Below the pieces are notes generated by a model. That model had not been told where the DNA came from. It made no database searches and saw only the letters and a list, made by a program, of their open reading frames with translations. Of a DNA stretch of 56,631 bases, positions 46,259-56,631 are shown one piece after another. The position numbers and the translations under genes are program-made. Within the stretch, counting starts at the first letter, position 1. Each line of letters opens with the position of its first letter. The stretch spans positions 1-56,631 of the forward strand of contig JBBITX010000001.1 of NCBI GenBank assembly GCA_037440545.1, given 5' to 3'. Source of the stretch: Candidatus Bathyarchaeota archaeon. GTDB taxonomy: Archaea > Thermoproteota > Bathyarchaeia > Bathyarchaeales > Bathycorpusculaceae.

Positions 46259-46746
46259 ACATGGTTGCAATAATGAATGAAGCCCTCCAGTTGGAAGTTG
46301 GACAAAGAGTGCTTGAGGTAGGAGCAGGGTCAGGATGGCATGCGGCAACAATAGCTGAAATTGTTGCTCCAAGCGATGCTCCAAGAAGCGAGTGGGGCCA
46401 TGTCTTCACCATTGAAATAATTGAAGGCTTAGCTGATTTCGCAAGGAGAAACATAATGAAAAATGGCTATGGCGACCGCGTTACAATATTGTGCTCTGAT
46501 GGATCTTTAGGCTTTCCTGAAAAGGCTCCATATGACAGAATCCTCGTTACAGCTGCAGCTCCAGATGTTCCGAAACCCCTAATAGAACAGTTAAAAAATG
46601 GGGGAATAATGCTCATCCCTGTTGGAAGCGTCCACCTATTTCAAAGTCTTATAAAAGTTACAAAAATTGACGGAAAGATCAGTAAAGAAAACCTCGGTGG
46701 AGTTGCCTTTGTCCCATTAACCGGCCGTTACGGACATAGAATCTGA
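46259..46746 (+). CDS. pcm: Protein-L-isoaspartate O-methyltransferase, proposed exon 2
   Basis: (H)MVAIMNEALQLEVGQRVLEVGAGSGWHAATIAEIV...ILVTAAAPDVP..L..QLK.GG.M.IPVG. The SAM-binding motif I is present. Exons 1 and 2 together total 672 nt, which is 223 aa plus the stop. Confidence 0.8.
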
Positions 46747-46896
46747 CTTTTTAATTGCAAACCTCTAAAAGGCTGAGCTGTTAAACACTTTTCATCTATC
46801 CGCTCACTTTACAGATTAAAATAGTTGTGCATGCCCCTTTCTAAAACAGCGCTTCTATAAAGGAAATTTTCTTGGCTTTGAATATTGAATGGTTCA

Positions 46897-47931
46897 TTAC
46901 ATAAACCATTTTTCTAAAGTTGTTTTTCCCTTGACTTTAGCCATTCCCTTATGCATTTTCTCCAAAGCTTTTCTAACACGATCTTCGGAGAAATCTCTTT
47001 CTCCGCAGAGGAATGCAACAACACCTTCAACATCCGGCTCTCTCCACTCTATCTTATAGTTATCCGTAACTTTAGGGTTGAGAAAAACCTCCCTGATTTT
47101 AACAGGATTCGCTGGAAAATCAGCATTTTTCAATTTTGGTAAAACATTTTCAAGACTTCCATACTCTTTTATAAGCTCTAAAGCCTTTTTCGGGCCTATG
47201 CCCTTAACGCCTTCAGGGTTAAAGTCTGTTCCAACAAGAATCCCTATGTCAATTAACTGCTCATGTGTAATTTCACATGTTTTAAGAATCTGTTCAAGTT
47301 CAACAATTTCGGGAATAACCTCGATGTAAACGTTTTTCCCGGGAAGTTTTCTTCTGCCAGAAATTGTAACGTTTCTAACAAGTTTAGGCGCGCCGAAAAG
47401 CAAGCTGTCGTAGTCTTGGCTGGCGCAGTAATCTGCGTCACCACGCTTAACAACATGGGCTGCTTGGGCTTCTCCCTCACTTGGAGCTTGAATCCAAGGA
47501 ATCCCCATCAAATCCAGTAAGCGCTTGCTGTCTTCAGCCATGTAGTCTTTAAGGCTTGCCGTAGCCTGCGCATAAATGCGTGCCTCTTCAACTCTACCCT
47601 CACTCAATGCCCGCTCATACTTTATTAAGGCTTCTTCTTTTGCTTTCATGCGCCTCTTAATTTCCACTTCTTTCAATGCTGGAGGCACACCGTCGAAAAC
47701 GTAGATAGGCCTAATTCCCAACTCCACAAGGTTGCTTGTTCTGTAAAGTAAACCGCTAAGGTGGCTTGTTATTCTACCGCTGCCATTTTTTAAAGGTGTC
47801 CCATCTGGCTGTCGAATTATTGCTAAAAACTGGTAAAGAGCATTGTAGGCGTCTATAGCTATAGACTTCCCACTTAAATCCTCAAGTTTCACCGGAGTTT
47901 TTGGAACTAGATCTCTAAGGTTAACACCCAA
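46897..47931 (-). CDS. fen: Flap endonuclease 1
   Basis: MGVNLRDLV N-terminus, YVFDG.PP..K and ..SEGEAQAA.. motifs. Confidence 0.9.
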   Translation of the reverse strand: MGVNLRDLVPKTPVKLEDLSGKSIAIDAYNALYQFLAIIRQPDGTPLKNGSGRITSHLSGLLYRTSNLVELGIRPIYVFDGVPPALKEVEIKRRMKAKEEALIKYERALSEGRVEEARIYAQATASLKDYMAEDSKRLLDLMGIPWIQAPSEGEAQAAHVVKRGDADYCASQDYDSLLFGAPKLVRNVTISGRRKLPGKNVYIEVIPEIVELEQILKTCEITHEQLIDIGILVGTDFNPEGVKGIGPKKALELIKEYGSLENVLPKLKNADFPANPVKIREVFLNPKVTDNYKIEWREPDVEGVVAFLCGERDFSEDRVRKALEKMHKGMAKVKGKTTLEKWFM

Positions 47932-48054
47932 ACCCTTATGCGCCTAAACTAAAAAACGTTCCAAACAATAAAAGCTTTGCATTTCAAATACATCCACACC
48001 AGAGAAGATATAAGGAAGCTTAACAATACACCCTATCCCTATAGAGGAATAATT

Positions 48055-48243
48055 ATGGCTGAAAGGACGGCGGCAATAGCTCTAGTTACATGTACAAGCT
48101 GCGGAAAGCCCATTCCACCAGGAGCAGAGGCGACAAAATTTCTATGCCCAAACTGTGGCGAAATTTTAATAAGAAGATGCGTTAAATGCAGAAAGTTCGG
48201 TCGGCAATACAAATGCCCAAAATGCGGCTTTACAGGACCCTAG
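48055..48243 (+). CDS. Small zinc-ribbon protein (COG2888/DUF1610-like)
   Basis: Four CxxC pairs: CTSCG, CPNCG, CVKC and CPKCG. ATG 48055 chosen; the tracked ORF starts at 47977. Confidence 0.6.
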   Translation: MAERTAAIALVTCTSCGKPIPPGAEATKFLCPNCGEILIRRCVKCRKFGRQYKCPKCGFTGP

Positions 48244-48349
48244 AGGAATTTGCAAAATATTTAACCCTGCTTTAACAATGCTTTATTTAACTTAAAGGAA
48301 AACACATTTTTTATATATACCTTACTCCGATTTTATTTTGGTGTCTTAG

Positions 48350-49189
48350 ATGGTTGATATAATGAATATGCTGAGCAACATGCTTCAAAATATAATTAAT
48401 GCGATTCCAAGCGTCATCGCCGCAATTGTTGTGGTGATAATAGGTTACGTTGTAGGTTCAGTGGTTGGGAAAGCAGTAAACAAAATTGTCGAGAAAGTCG
48501 GAATTGAAAAAACCTTCGACCAAACATCTTCTGGTAAGGCATTTAGAGCTTCAGGTTTAGACCTATCAAATTTGGTGGGCGGAATAGTTAAAGCCTTCAT
48601 AATTGTTCTTTCAATTGTTCTGGCAGTTCAGATACTAAACATAGGTGGAACATTCGGCGCCTATTTAGTTGATGTGGCAAACTACCTCCCACGACTGCTC
48701 GGCGGGATTCTTATAATAATACTTGGCTCCGTATTCGTGGAATTTTTAACGTCGTTCATCGGCAGAATAATTCGACCGATTTTCCCAGCGGCAAAAGTTG
48801 AGATTGCTGATATGCTTAGAAACCTTCTGTTAATTGGTTTAATTGCCTTTATACTTCTTCTAGGCCTTGACACGATGCTTCTGTCGGGAAGCACTGTATA
48901 CCCATTAATATTGGGTTTTGTTATTATTGCCGCGGGCATATCCTTAACAGACGGCCTCATCAAGTCCATTACAGATGATCATGCAGAGTTCAGGGAAGTT
49001 GCAGGCTACGCAAAATTTGTTTTATACGCCATATTCTTGATAATAGGTGCAGGGGCTATTTTCGCCACTTACCCGGGGGTCACAAACATTGTAGCTAACA
49101 TTTCATGGGCTTTCGCTGTAGCTCTTGGAGTAATGCTAATTCCAATAGCCTACGCCATCACCAGAATGATGTTAAAAGAGTCAAAGTAA
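48350..49189 (+). CDS. Integral membrane protein (TM-helix-repeat / mechanosensitive-channel-like)
   Basis: Repeated hydrophobic helices. TTTTTTATATATA lies about 30 nt upstream. Confidence 0.55.
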   Translation: MVDIMNMLSNMLQNIINAIPSVIAAIVVVIIGYVVGSVVGKAVNKIVEKVGIEKTFDQTSSGKAFRASGLDLSNLVGGIVKAFIIVLSIVLAVQILNIGGTFGAYLVDVANYLPRLLGGILIIILGSVFVEFLTSFIGRIIRPIFPAAKVEIADMLRNLLLIGLIAFILLLGLDTMLLSGSTVYPLILGFVIIAAGISLTDGLIKSITDDHAEFREVAGYAKFVLYAIFLIIGAGAIFATYPGVTNIVANISWAFAVALGVMLIPIAYAITRMMLKESK

Positions 49190-49431
49190 ACCATTTTTAA
49201 CCCCCTACCATTTTTATTTTGAAACTACCATATACAGTGAGTCGTTTAATGGTTATAGATTTAGAAAGTTTTTCTCATGGTGCACCACAAACATTTTAAG
49301 AACCTTTTTAGTTTAGAACTGAAGGAAAGGGTTTGATTTCGATTAAAAGAATAGGGAGTGAAGGTTTAGAGTGGCAATAAACGTTCAATTTGTGAGATGT
49401 AGGTTTGTTAGGTCTTAAGGTGGAAGCTTTT

Positions 49432-49707
49432 ATGGGAAGCGTTATAATCTCTTACAAAATTTTTCCCGTGGACATAACCGTGAACTTTGAGGATTTAAAA
49501 AAGAAAATTGAGGCTTCACTGCCGGAGTTCGCTTCTATATATGGGTACGGCGAGGAGCCAATAGCCTTCGGGCTGAACGCCCTCATATGCGCCATTAAAA
49601 TTCCAGAGGATAAGACAGGTTTACTTGAGGAGCTGGAAAATAGGCTTGGACAGATAAGCGACATAAGTCAAGTTCAAACATTAATGGTTAGAAGGACAAG
49701 CAGATAA
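49432..49707 (+). CDS. Elongation factor 1-beta (aEF-1beta)
   Basis: MGSVIISYKIFPVD...EEPIAFGLNAL. The length of about 91 aa is typical. Confidence 0.85.
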   Translation: MGSVIISYKIFPVDITVNFEDLKKKIEASLPEFASIYGYGEEPIAFGLNALICAIKIPEDKTGLLEELENRLGQISDISQVQTLMVRRTSR

Positions 49708-49773
49708 GTTAAAACCTATATATAGGTATTATAATTGATTCGTCAAGAGAGCTCGTTTATAGAAGGGTTTTAG

Positions 49774-51945
<2,172 letters not shown>

Positions 51946-51954
51946 GAGATAGCC

Positions 51955-52185
51955 ATGCCTGCAACAAAAATTTGGAAAACCATTCCAGCCTATTACGTGT
52001 TGCTGGAAATTCTTAAAAAGAAAGGCGCAATGTCAGATGCTGAGCTATTCGAATATCTTAATGAAGAGTATAAAGATTTAGGATTTAAAGACTTCAACCA
52101 GCTGCTGATGAAGCTTGAAATTGCCGGAAAAATAAGGACAACATCGCTGGCCCGGGGTAAGAAAAGAGTAGAACTTGTGGCATAA
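51955..52185 (+). CDS. Small (76 aa) winged-helix-like protein coupled to cdc48
   Basis: ATG lies 9 nt after the cdc48 stop, with AGGAGA at 51944..51949. The helix-rich sequence ends ...AGKIRTTSLARGKKRVELV, which looks like a wing-like hairpin. Confidence 0.5.
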   Translation: MPATKIWKTIPAYYVLLEILKKKGAMSDAELFEYLNEEYKDLGFKDFNQLLMKLEIAGKIRTTSLARGKKRVELVA

Positions 52186-52224
52186 CCGAGCTTTACCTCT
52201 CAATTTAACCATTAGTGCTTTTAG

Positions 52225-53463
52225 ATGGAAAACTTTAAGGAAGTTGCAGTTATCGGAGGCGGTCCGGCAGGCTCATTTTGCGCCCTAAACCTAGCCAAAA
52301 AAGGTGTAGAAGCAGCTGTTTTCGAAGAGCACTCCGAAATTGGTATCCCATGCCACTGCCCAGGACATTTAAGCATTAACGGTTTGAAACGTTTAGGGTT
52401 GTGGCCTCTTCCCCAAAACATCGTGGAAAACGTCTTTTACGGCGCCAAATTTTACACATCAACTGGAGAAGAGCTTAATGTGCGATTTGCATCTCCGACA
52501 ACATGCGTTGTCAACCGTTCCTCGTTTGACAAGTTCATTGCCTCAACAGCGGAGAAATTGGGAGCCAAATATTATTTAAACTCTAAGGTTGCCTCAATAG
52601 ACGGTCCTACAGGGCAATCAAGGAAACTCACAATAAACCAGGCTAAGAATAAAATCGAATTTTCAGCTAGAATTGTTGTGGATGCTGAGGGGGCAACCTC
52701 AAAAATACTTAGGCAAGCAGGTTTACCTCCGCCTAATAGGGAAGGTTTGGTTTATGGGGCTCATATAGAAGTTGAAGGGGTTAAGAATGTTGAACCTGAA
52801 TTTGTTCAAGTTTTTCTTGGAAGAGAATATGCCCCAGGATTCTACGCTTGGCTTATTCCTAAAGGCGATGGAAGGGCCAAAGTTGGATTGGCGGCTAAAT
52901 TTGAAAATCCAAAGGAGCTTTTGCGAAAATTTATGTTTAAGCATCCTGTAGCCTCTGCTATGCTGCGGCGGGCGAATATTTTACAAGAGGCGTATCATCC
53001 CATATCTTTGGGTGGACCGTTGAAAAAGGCTTACTTAAACGGGTTTTTGGCGGTGGGGGATGCAGCTTCCCAGGTTAAGCCGACAACAGGTGGAGGGATA
53101 ATATATGGATTGAACTGTGCAAAGATAGCTGCAGATGTGATTACTCAAGCTGTGCAGTGCAAGGATTATTCAGAAAAATTTCTGCGAGAATATCAAAGGC
53201 AGTTTGTTAAATTTTTAGGATTTGATTTTAAAGTTATGCTTAAAATTAGAGAAATCCTTAACAGAATTCGTGATGAAAATTTAGATGCTGCAATAAAGGC
53301 TTGCCGAAAATTCCACTTTGAAAGTGTTTTAAAAGATTTAAAGGAAATAGACTTCCAAGGGCGAGCCCTCCTTAAAGCCTGTCGAAATCCTAGACTTATA
53401 GCTTCACTAGCCTTCTTATTAAGAACCTATATTTCATCAATAAATCATAAAACGTTAATGTAG
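52225..53463 (+). CDS. Geranylgeranyl reductase family FAD-dependent oxidoreductase
   Basis: VAVIGGGPAGS, CPGH and GDAA...P..GGGI motifs. Confidence 0.85.
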   Translation: MENFKEVAVIGGGPAGSFCALNLAKKGVEAAVFEEHSEIGIPCHCPGHLSINGLKRLGLWPLPQNIVENVFYGAKFYTSTGEELNVRFASPTTCVVNRSSFDKFIASTAEKLGAKYYLNSKVASIDGPTGQSRKLTINQAKNKIEFSARIVVDAEGATSKILRQAGLPPPNREGLVYGAHIEVEGVKNVEPEFVQVFLGREYAPGFYAWLIPKGDGRAKVGLAAKFENPKELLRKFMFKHPVASAMLRRANILQEAYHPISLGGPLKKAYLNGFLAVGDAASQVKPTTGGGIIYGLNCAKIAADVITQAVQCKDYSEKFLREYQRQFVKFLGFDFKVMLKIREILNRIRDENLDAAIKACRKFHFESVLKDLKEIDFQGRALLKACRNPRLIASLAFLLRTYISSINHKTLM

Positions 53464-53472
53464 GCTGAAAGT

Positions 53473-53835
53473 ATGGGAAACTTTCGTCTCAAACAAGTTA
53501 TAATATTTCGATCAGATTTAAAACTCGGTAAAGGGAAAATAGCCGCCCAGGCTGGACACGCGGCAGTTTCAGCTGCAGAAGAAGCTCGCCAACGAAGAAA
53601 AGAATGGTGGGAGGCGTGGCTAAAGGAAGGCCAGTGTAAAGTTGTTGTAAAAGTAAAGAGCGAAAGGGAGCTTTTAACTCTGGAAAGGCAAGCGAAGGAA
53701 TTGGCTTTGCCGTGCGCGTTGATAGTGGATCACGGTTTAACCCAAATTCCGCCTGGAACAATAACATGTTTAGCCATAGGGCCCGCACCTTCTGAGGAGG
53801 TTGACAAAATTACAGGAAATCTCAAGCTTTTATAA
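53473..53835 (+). CDS. pth: Peptidyl-tRNA hydrolase, archaeal Pth2 type
   Basis: QVIIFRSDLKLGKGKIAAQAGHAAV...TQIPPGT.T.LAIGP. Confidence 0.9.
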   Translation: MGNFRLKQVIIFRSDLKLGKGKIAAQAGHAAVSAAEEARQRRKEWWEAWLKEGQCKVVVKVKSERELLTLERQAKELALPCALIVDHGLTQIPPGTITCLAIGPAPSEEVDKITGNLKLL

Positions 53836-53851
53836 TTTTGAGGCATAAACC

Positions 53852-55231
53852 TTGAAAATTTCAAGGCTGGAAAAAAGCATAGGGATAGAAGTTTATGCAA
53901 CTCACTCTAAGGGCGTTGGAGGCGTTATAAGACAGTTCTGCGAGGATTTTCAAGTTCAAGAGCTGCTCATTAACGGTTCAAGGGCTGATCTATCTTTCCC
54001 CTCGGCCGACGTTAAGATTCCAGCTTCACACCCCCATGAAATGGGAAGTCATTTACTTTGCCTTCTCATCAAGCGCAACTGGGATACCTTCCAAGTTCTT
54101 GAAAGCCTAGCTAGGCAGCTTGGCATAAGCCCAAAAAGGATTAAAATTGCCGGAATAAAGGATGCAAAGGCCGTAACAGCTCAACACATCACAATTGATG
54201 GTGTGAAACCAGAAGACGTGAAGGAAGTTAGAATTAGGGATGTGGAAATTCAACCTCTAGGCTATTTTAGAAGCAGACTTTCAGCTTATCTCCTCCTCGG
54301 TAACTCTTTTAAGATAACGATCCGCTCCATAAGCCATAGTAAAACGTTCATTAGGCGGGCAATCGGGGATACATTTAAGGAGCTTGAAGTTTTAGGCGGC
54401 TTACCCAACTTTTTCGGACATCAGCGTTTCGGGACAACACGTCCAATTACCCACCTTGTTGGCAAAGCATTGGTTAAGGGCGATTTTCAGAAGGCAGCAA
54501 TGCTTTTCCTTGCAAAGGCATTCCCTAACGAACATGTAGAATCAAAGATAGCCCGTGAAGAGCTATATAGAACTCAGGATTTTAAACAGGCTTTGAAAAG
54601 CTTTCCTAAAAACCTCTATTATGAGCGCCTGATGCTTCTACACCTAAATAAAAATCCTAAAGATTACATTGGAGCTTTCAGGAGGCTTCCAAGCAGACTT
54701 CGCGTTCTTTTTCCACAAGCCTATCAAGCATATCTCTTCAATAGGTTTCTCAGCAGGAGAATTGCCATGGGGCTCCCACTCAACAGCGTTGAAATTGGAG
54801 ATTACACAGTGAAACTTGACAGTTCAAGCCTACCCACCATGGATAGCTGCATTGTAGGCGAGACAACATTACACGAGATTAGAAGAGAAATAGCCTATGG
54901 GAGGATGCGTTTAGCCATTCCTCTGGTTGGTTATAGACAACGCCTTTCCGGAGGGGTGCAGGGTGAAATTGAAAAAAGTATATTGGAAGAGGAAGGCGTA
55001 GCATTAGAAGGCTTTAAGGTGGAAGGTATGCCGGAATTAAGCCTTAAAGGAGGAATGCGGATAGCTTTAACCCCGCTTAAAGATTTCGAAATAGAGGAAA
55101 TATCAAAGGATTCGGCTAACCCTTTTAAAAACATGGTAAAGTTGAACTTTACACTGCATCGGGGAGCATATGCCACAGTATTCTTAAGGGAAGTTATGAA
55201 GCCACTTAACTTAATTAAGGCTGGTTTTTAG
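53852..55231 (+). CDS. truD: tRNA pseudouridine synthase TruD/Pus7 family
   Basis: IGIEVYAT...GGVIRQ..EDF.V.E, AGIKDAKAVT (catalytic Asp) and NFFGHQRFG motifs. Confidence 0.85.
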   Translation: MKISRLEKSIGIEVYATHSKGVGGVIRQFCEDFQVQELLINGSRADLSFPSADVKIPASHPHEMGSHLLCLLIKRNWDTFQVLESLARQLGISPKRIKIAGIKDAKAVTAQHITIDGVKPEDVKEVRIRDVEIQPLGYFRSRLSAYLLLGNSFKITIRSISHSKTFIRRAIGDTFKELEVLGGLPNFFGHQRFGTTRPITHLVGKALVKGDFQKAAMLFLAKAFPNEHVESKIAREELYRTQDFKQALKSFPKNLYYERLMLLHLNKNPKDYIGAFRRLPSRLRVLFPQAYQAYLFNRFLSRRIAMGLPLNSVEIGDYTVKLDSSSLPTMDSCIVGETTLHEIRREIAYGRMRLAIPLVGYRQRLSGGVQGEIEKSILEEEGVALEGFKVEGMPELSLKGGMRIALTPLKDFEIEEISKDSANPFKNMVKLNFTLHRGAYATVFLREVMKPLNLIKAGF

Positions 55232-55236
55232 CCCAA

Positions 55237-56409
55237 TTATTTAATTATTTTCTCCGCTCTTTCCAGAAGCTCTTTTTTCATATCTTTTGGCAAGACAACA
55301 TTTGCTGCATATTGATGTCCATCTGCTATTCCAAAACCTTTAGAGGCCCCTTCCAAGAGGTTTACAGCTCCCGGCATTTTTCCTTCGTCGATAAGCCTTT
55401 GCATTTGTTTTGGCACCCGCATTGAAGCCTTTGAAAAATCTCCTTTCAATTTTCCCCAGTTCGGTATTTCAGGAGGCACGTTTACAAATCCTAAAATATA
55501 CTTATTTGGATTTATAAGGCGCATTTGATAGGATAAAAATGAACAAAACTGCCCAATTACCTTTGTTCCCATGCTGGAGTATAAGTCTTCAGCGTCAAAC
55601 CATTGTATATGCTCTGTTTCCTTTAACCTCTCCCGATATAATCTTCCCAAGAGCTTGCGGTTAACCTCTTTGCGCTTAGCCTCCCAAGCATTGATCTTTC
55701 CCTCTATTTCCTTATTAATTCCCTCCAAACACGCTTTAATCCCAAGGTTAGGTCCCCCATCATAGTAGCCGACGGCTCCCAAAATTTGAAGTTTCGAAAA
55801 TAATGTTTCAACGTTAACTTTTAACTTTCCAATTTGCAAAGTTTTACCCCGCCGCTGAATTGTTTCATTTTTAAGGGCCTCTTCTAAGACCATTCCGTTG
55901 ACTGATTTGAAGCCTTCAGGGATCTCGCAGCTCCCCACTATGGCCAAATATGCCAAGTCATGGTTATATTTATTCAGAGTCTTCGCAAAAAGGTAGCAGC
56001 ATGTAGCTCCTGAAAATTCTGTCTCACCTTTGAAGCCGAAGTTTTCTAGGTTTAGGTCAAAAACCTTTGGGTCCCATGCCTTTTTTGGATCATGATGATC
56101 CAGTATTATTGTTAGGTTTCTTTCCTCGTTACATTTGGAAATTAGATCTGCGTGAGAAGACCCTATATCCACATAAAAAATTGTCATTTCTCCTTTTGAA
56201 TGCAGATCAGCAACAACTTCTGTATAAACCTTTTCCAGACATAAAGGTTTCGCGGCGATTCCTTCCCTTTCCAGAGCCTTCATTGTTATCGCCGCTGAAC
56301 ATAAACCGTCAGCGTCATCATGGTGAACAATAACAGCTTCTTTTGGGTTTTGCCTCCTTAAAACTTCGGCGACTTGCTCGGCGTAGTTGCTGAAATTTTG
56401 TAAAGACAT
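55237..56409 (-). CDS. DHH/DHHA1-family phosphoesterase (RecJ/NrnA-like)
   Basis: HHDDADGLCS and ILDHHDP motifs, plus a C-terminal GG..AAG-like DHHA1 region. Confidence 0.75.
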   Translation of the reverse strand: MSLQNFSNYAEQVAEVLRRQNPKEAVIVHHDDADGLCSAAITMKALEREGIAAKPLCLEKVYTEVVADLHSKGEMTIFYVDIGSSHADLISKCNEERNLTIILDHHDPKKAWDPKVFDLNLENFGFKGETEFSGATCCYLFAKTLNKYNHDLAYLAIVGSCEIPEGFKSVNGMVLEEALKNETIQRRGKTLQIGKLKVNVETLFSKLQILGAVGYYDGGPNLGIKACLEGINKEIEGKINAWEAKRKEVNRKLLGRLYRERLKETEHIQWFDAEDLYSSMGTKVIGQFCSFLSYQMRLINPNKYILGFVNVPPEIPNWGKLKGDFSKASMRVPKQMQRLIDEGKMPGAVNLLEGASKGFGIADGHQYAANVVLPKDMKKELLERAEKIIK

Positions 56410-56417
56410 ATTGAAAC

Positions 56418-56631
56418 CTATCCAATTGTCTTTAATAGATCTGAACGCGTTATTATTCCTATAACTTTTCTGCCTTTCGCAACTAACACTCCCTGGCGCC
56501 TTTCGAGTAGCGGTTTTATAGCGTTAACAGCTGTGTCCTCTGAGACCACGGGTAAAGGAGGGTCCATAATATTTCTAACGCTCTCTTTTGCAATGTTTAA
56601 GCCCAAGTTCCTTATTATACCCTCTTCTGTT
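56418..56631 (-). CDS. CBS-domain protein, C-terminal part (the gene continues beyond the window edge)
   Basis: ...VRNIMDPPLPVVSEDT...VIGIITRSDLL. The reading frame stays open to position 56631. Confidence 0.55.
   Translation of the reverse strand, partial: TEEGIIRNLGLNIAKESVRNIMDPPLPVVSEDTAVNAIKPLLERRQGVLVAKGRKVIGIITRSDLLKTIG

Overview
This is a densely packed archaeal chromosomal segment with about 70 protein-coding genes on both strands, almost all housekeeping. Recognisable content includes ribosomal proteins uS15, S17e, S25e and S26e, an archaeal histone, a thermosome, RpoK, separate Kae1 and Bud32 genes, a TFE-beta/RPC34-like factor, proteasome beta, Cdc48, FEN-1, aEF-1beta, Pth2, TruD, Trm5, RtcA, FAU-1, GlmS, NadC, NMNAT, PyrC and PyrF. 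The eukaryote-type r-proteins together with the TFE-beta-like gene suggest a TACK-type lineage, possibly Bathyarchaeota-like or Crenarchaeota-like; this is inference from gene content only. I recognised no rRNA, tRNA, CRISPR array, transposase or integrase. The most unusual observation concerns pcm, the protein-L-isoaspartate O-methyltransferase gene. It is interrupted inside its invariant SAPHMVA motif by 31 nt that carry an in-frame TAG. The flanking RNA can be drawn as a canonical bulge-helix-bulge (hBHBh') motif. Its rule-based cleavage sites excise exactly 46228..46258 and restore ...GQTVSAPHMVAIMNE... in frame. That makes it a candidate endonuclease-spliced pre-mRNA intron, a class so far associated essentially only with cbf5. 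Secondary observations are: rpoK has no canonical start codon upstream of its conserved N-terminal motif and lies in frame behind the thermosome stop codon; a divergent, enlarged GuaA-like PP-ATPase paralog has no glutaminase partner nearby; a small wHTH gene is translationally coupled to cdc48; a small hairpin-membrane ORF is paired with an untracked 50-aa RHH ORF; there are several orphan ORFs and unusually long non-coding gaps. All function calls come from reading the translations by eye. No searches or alignments were run.
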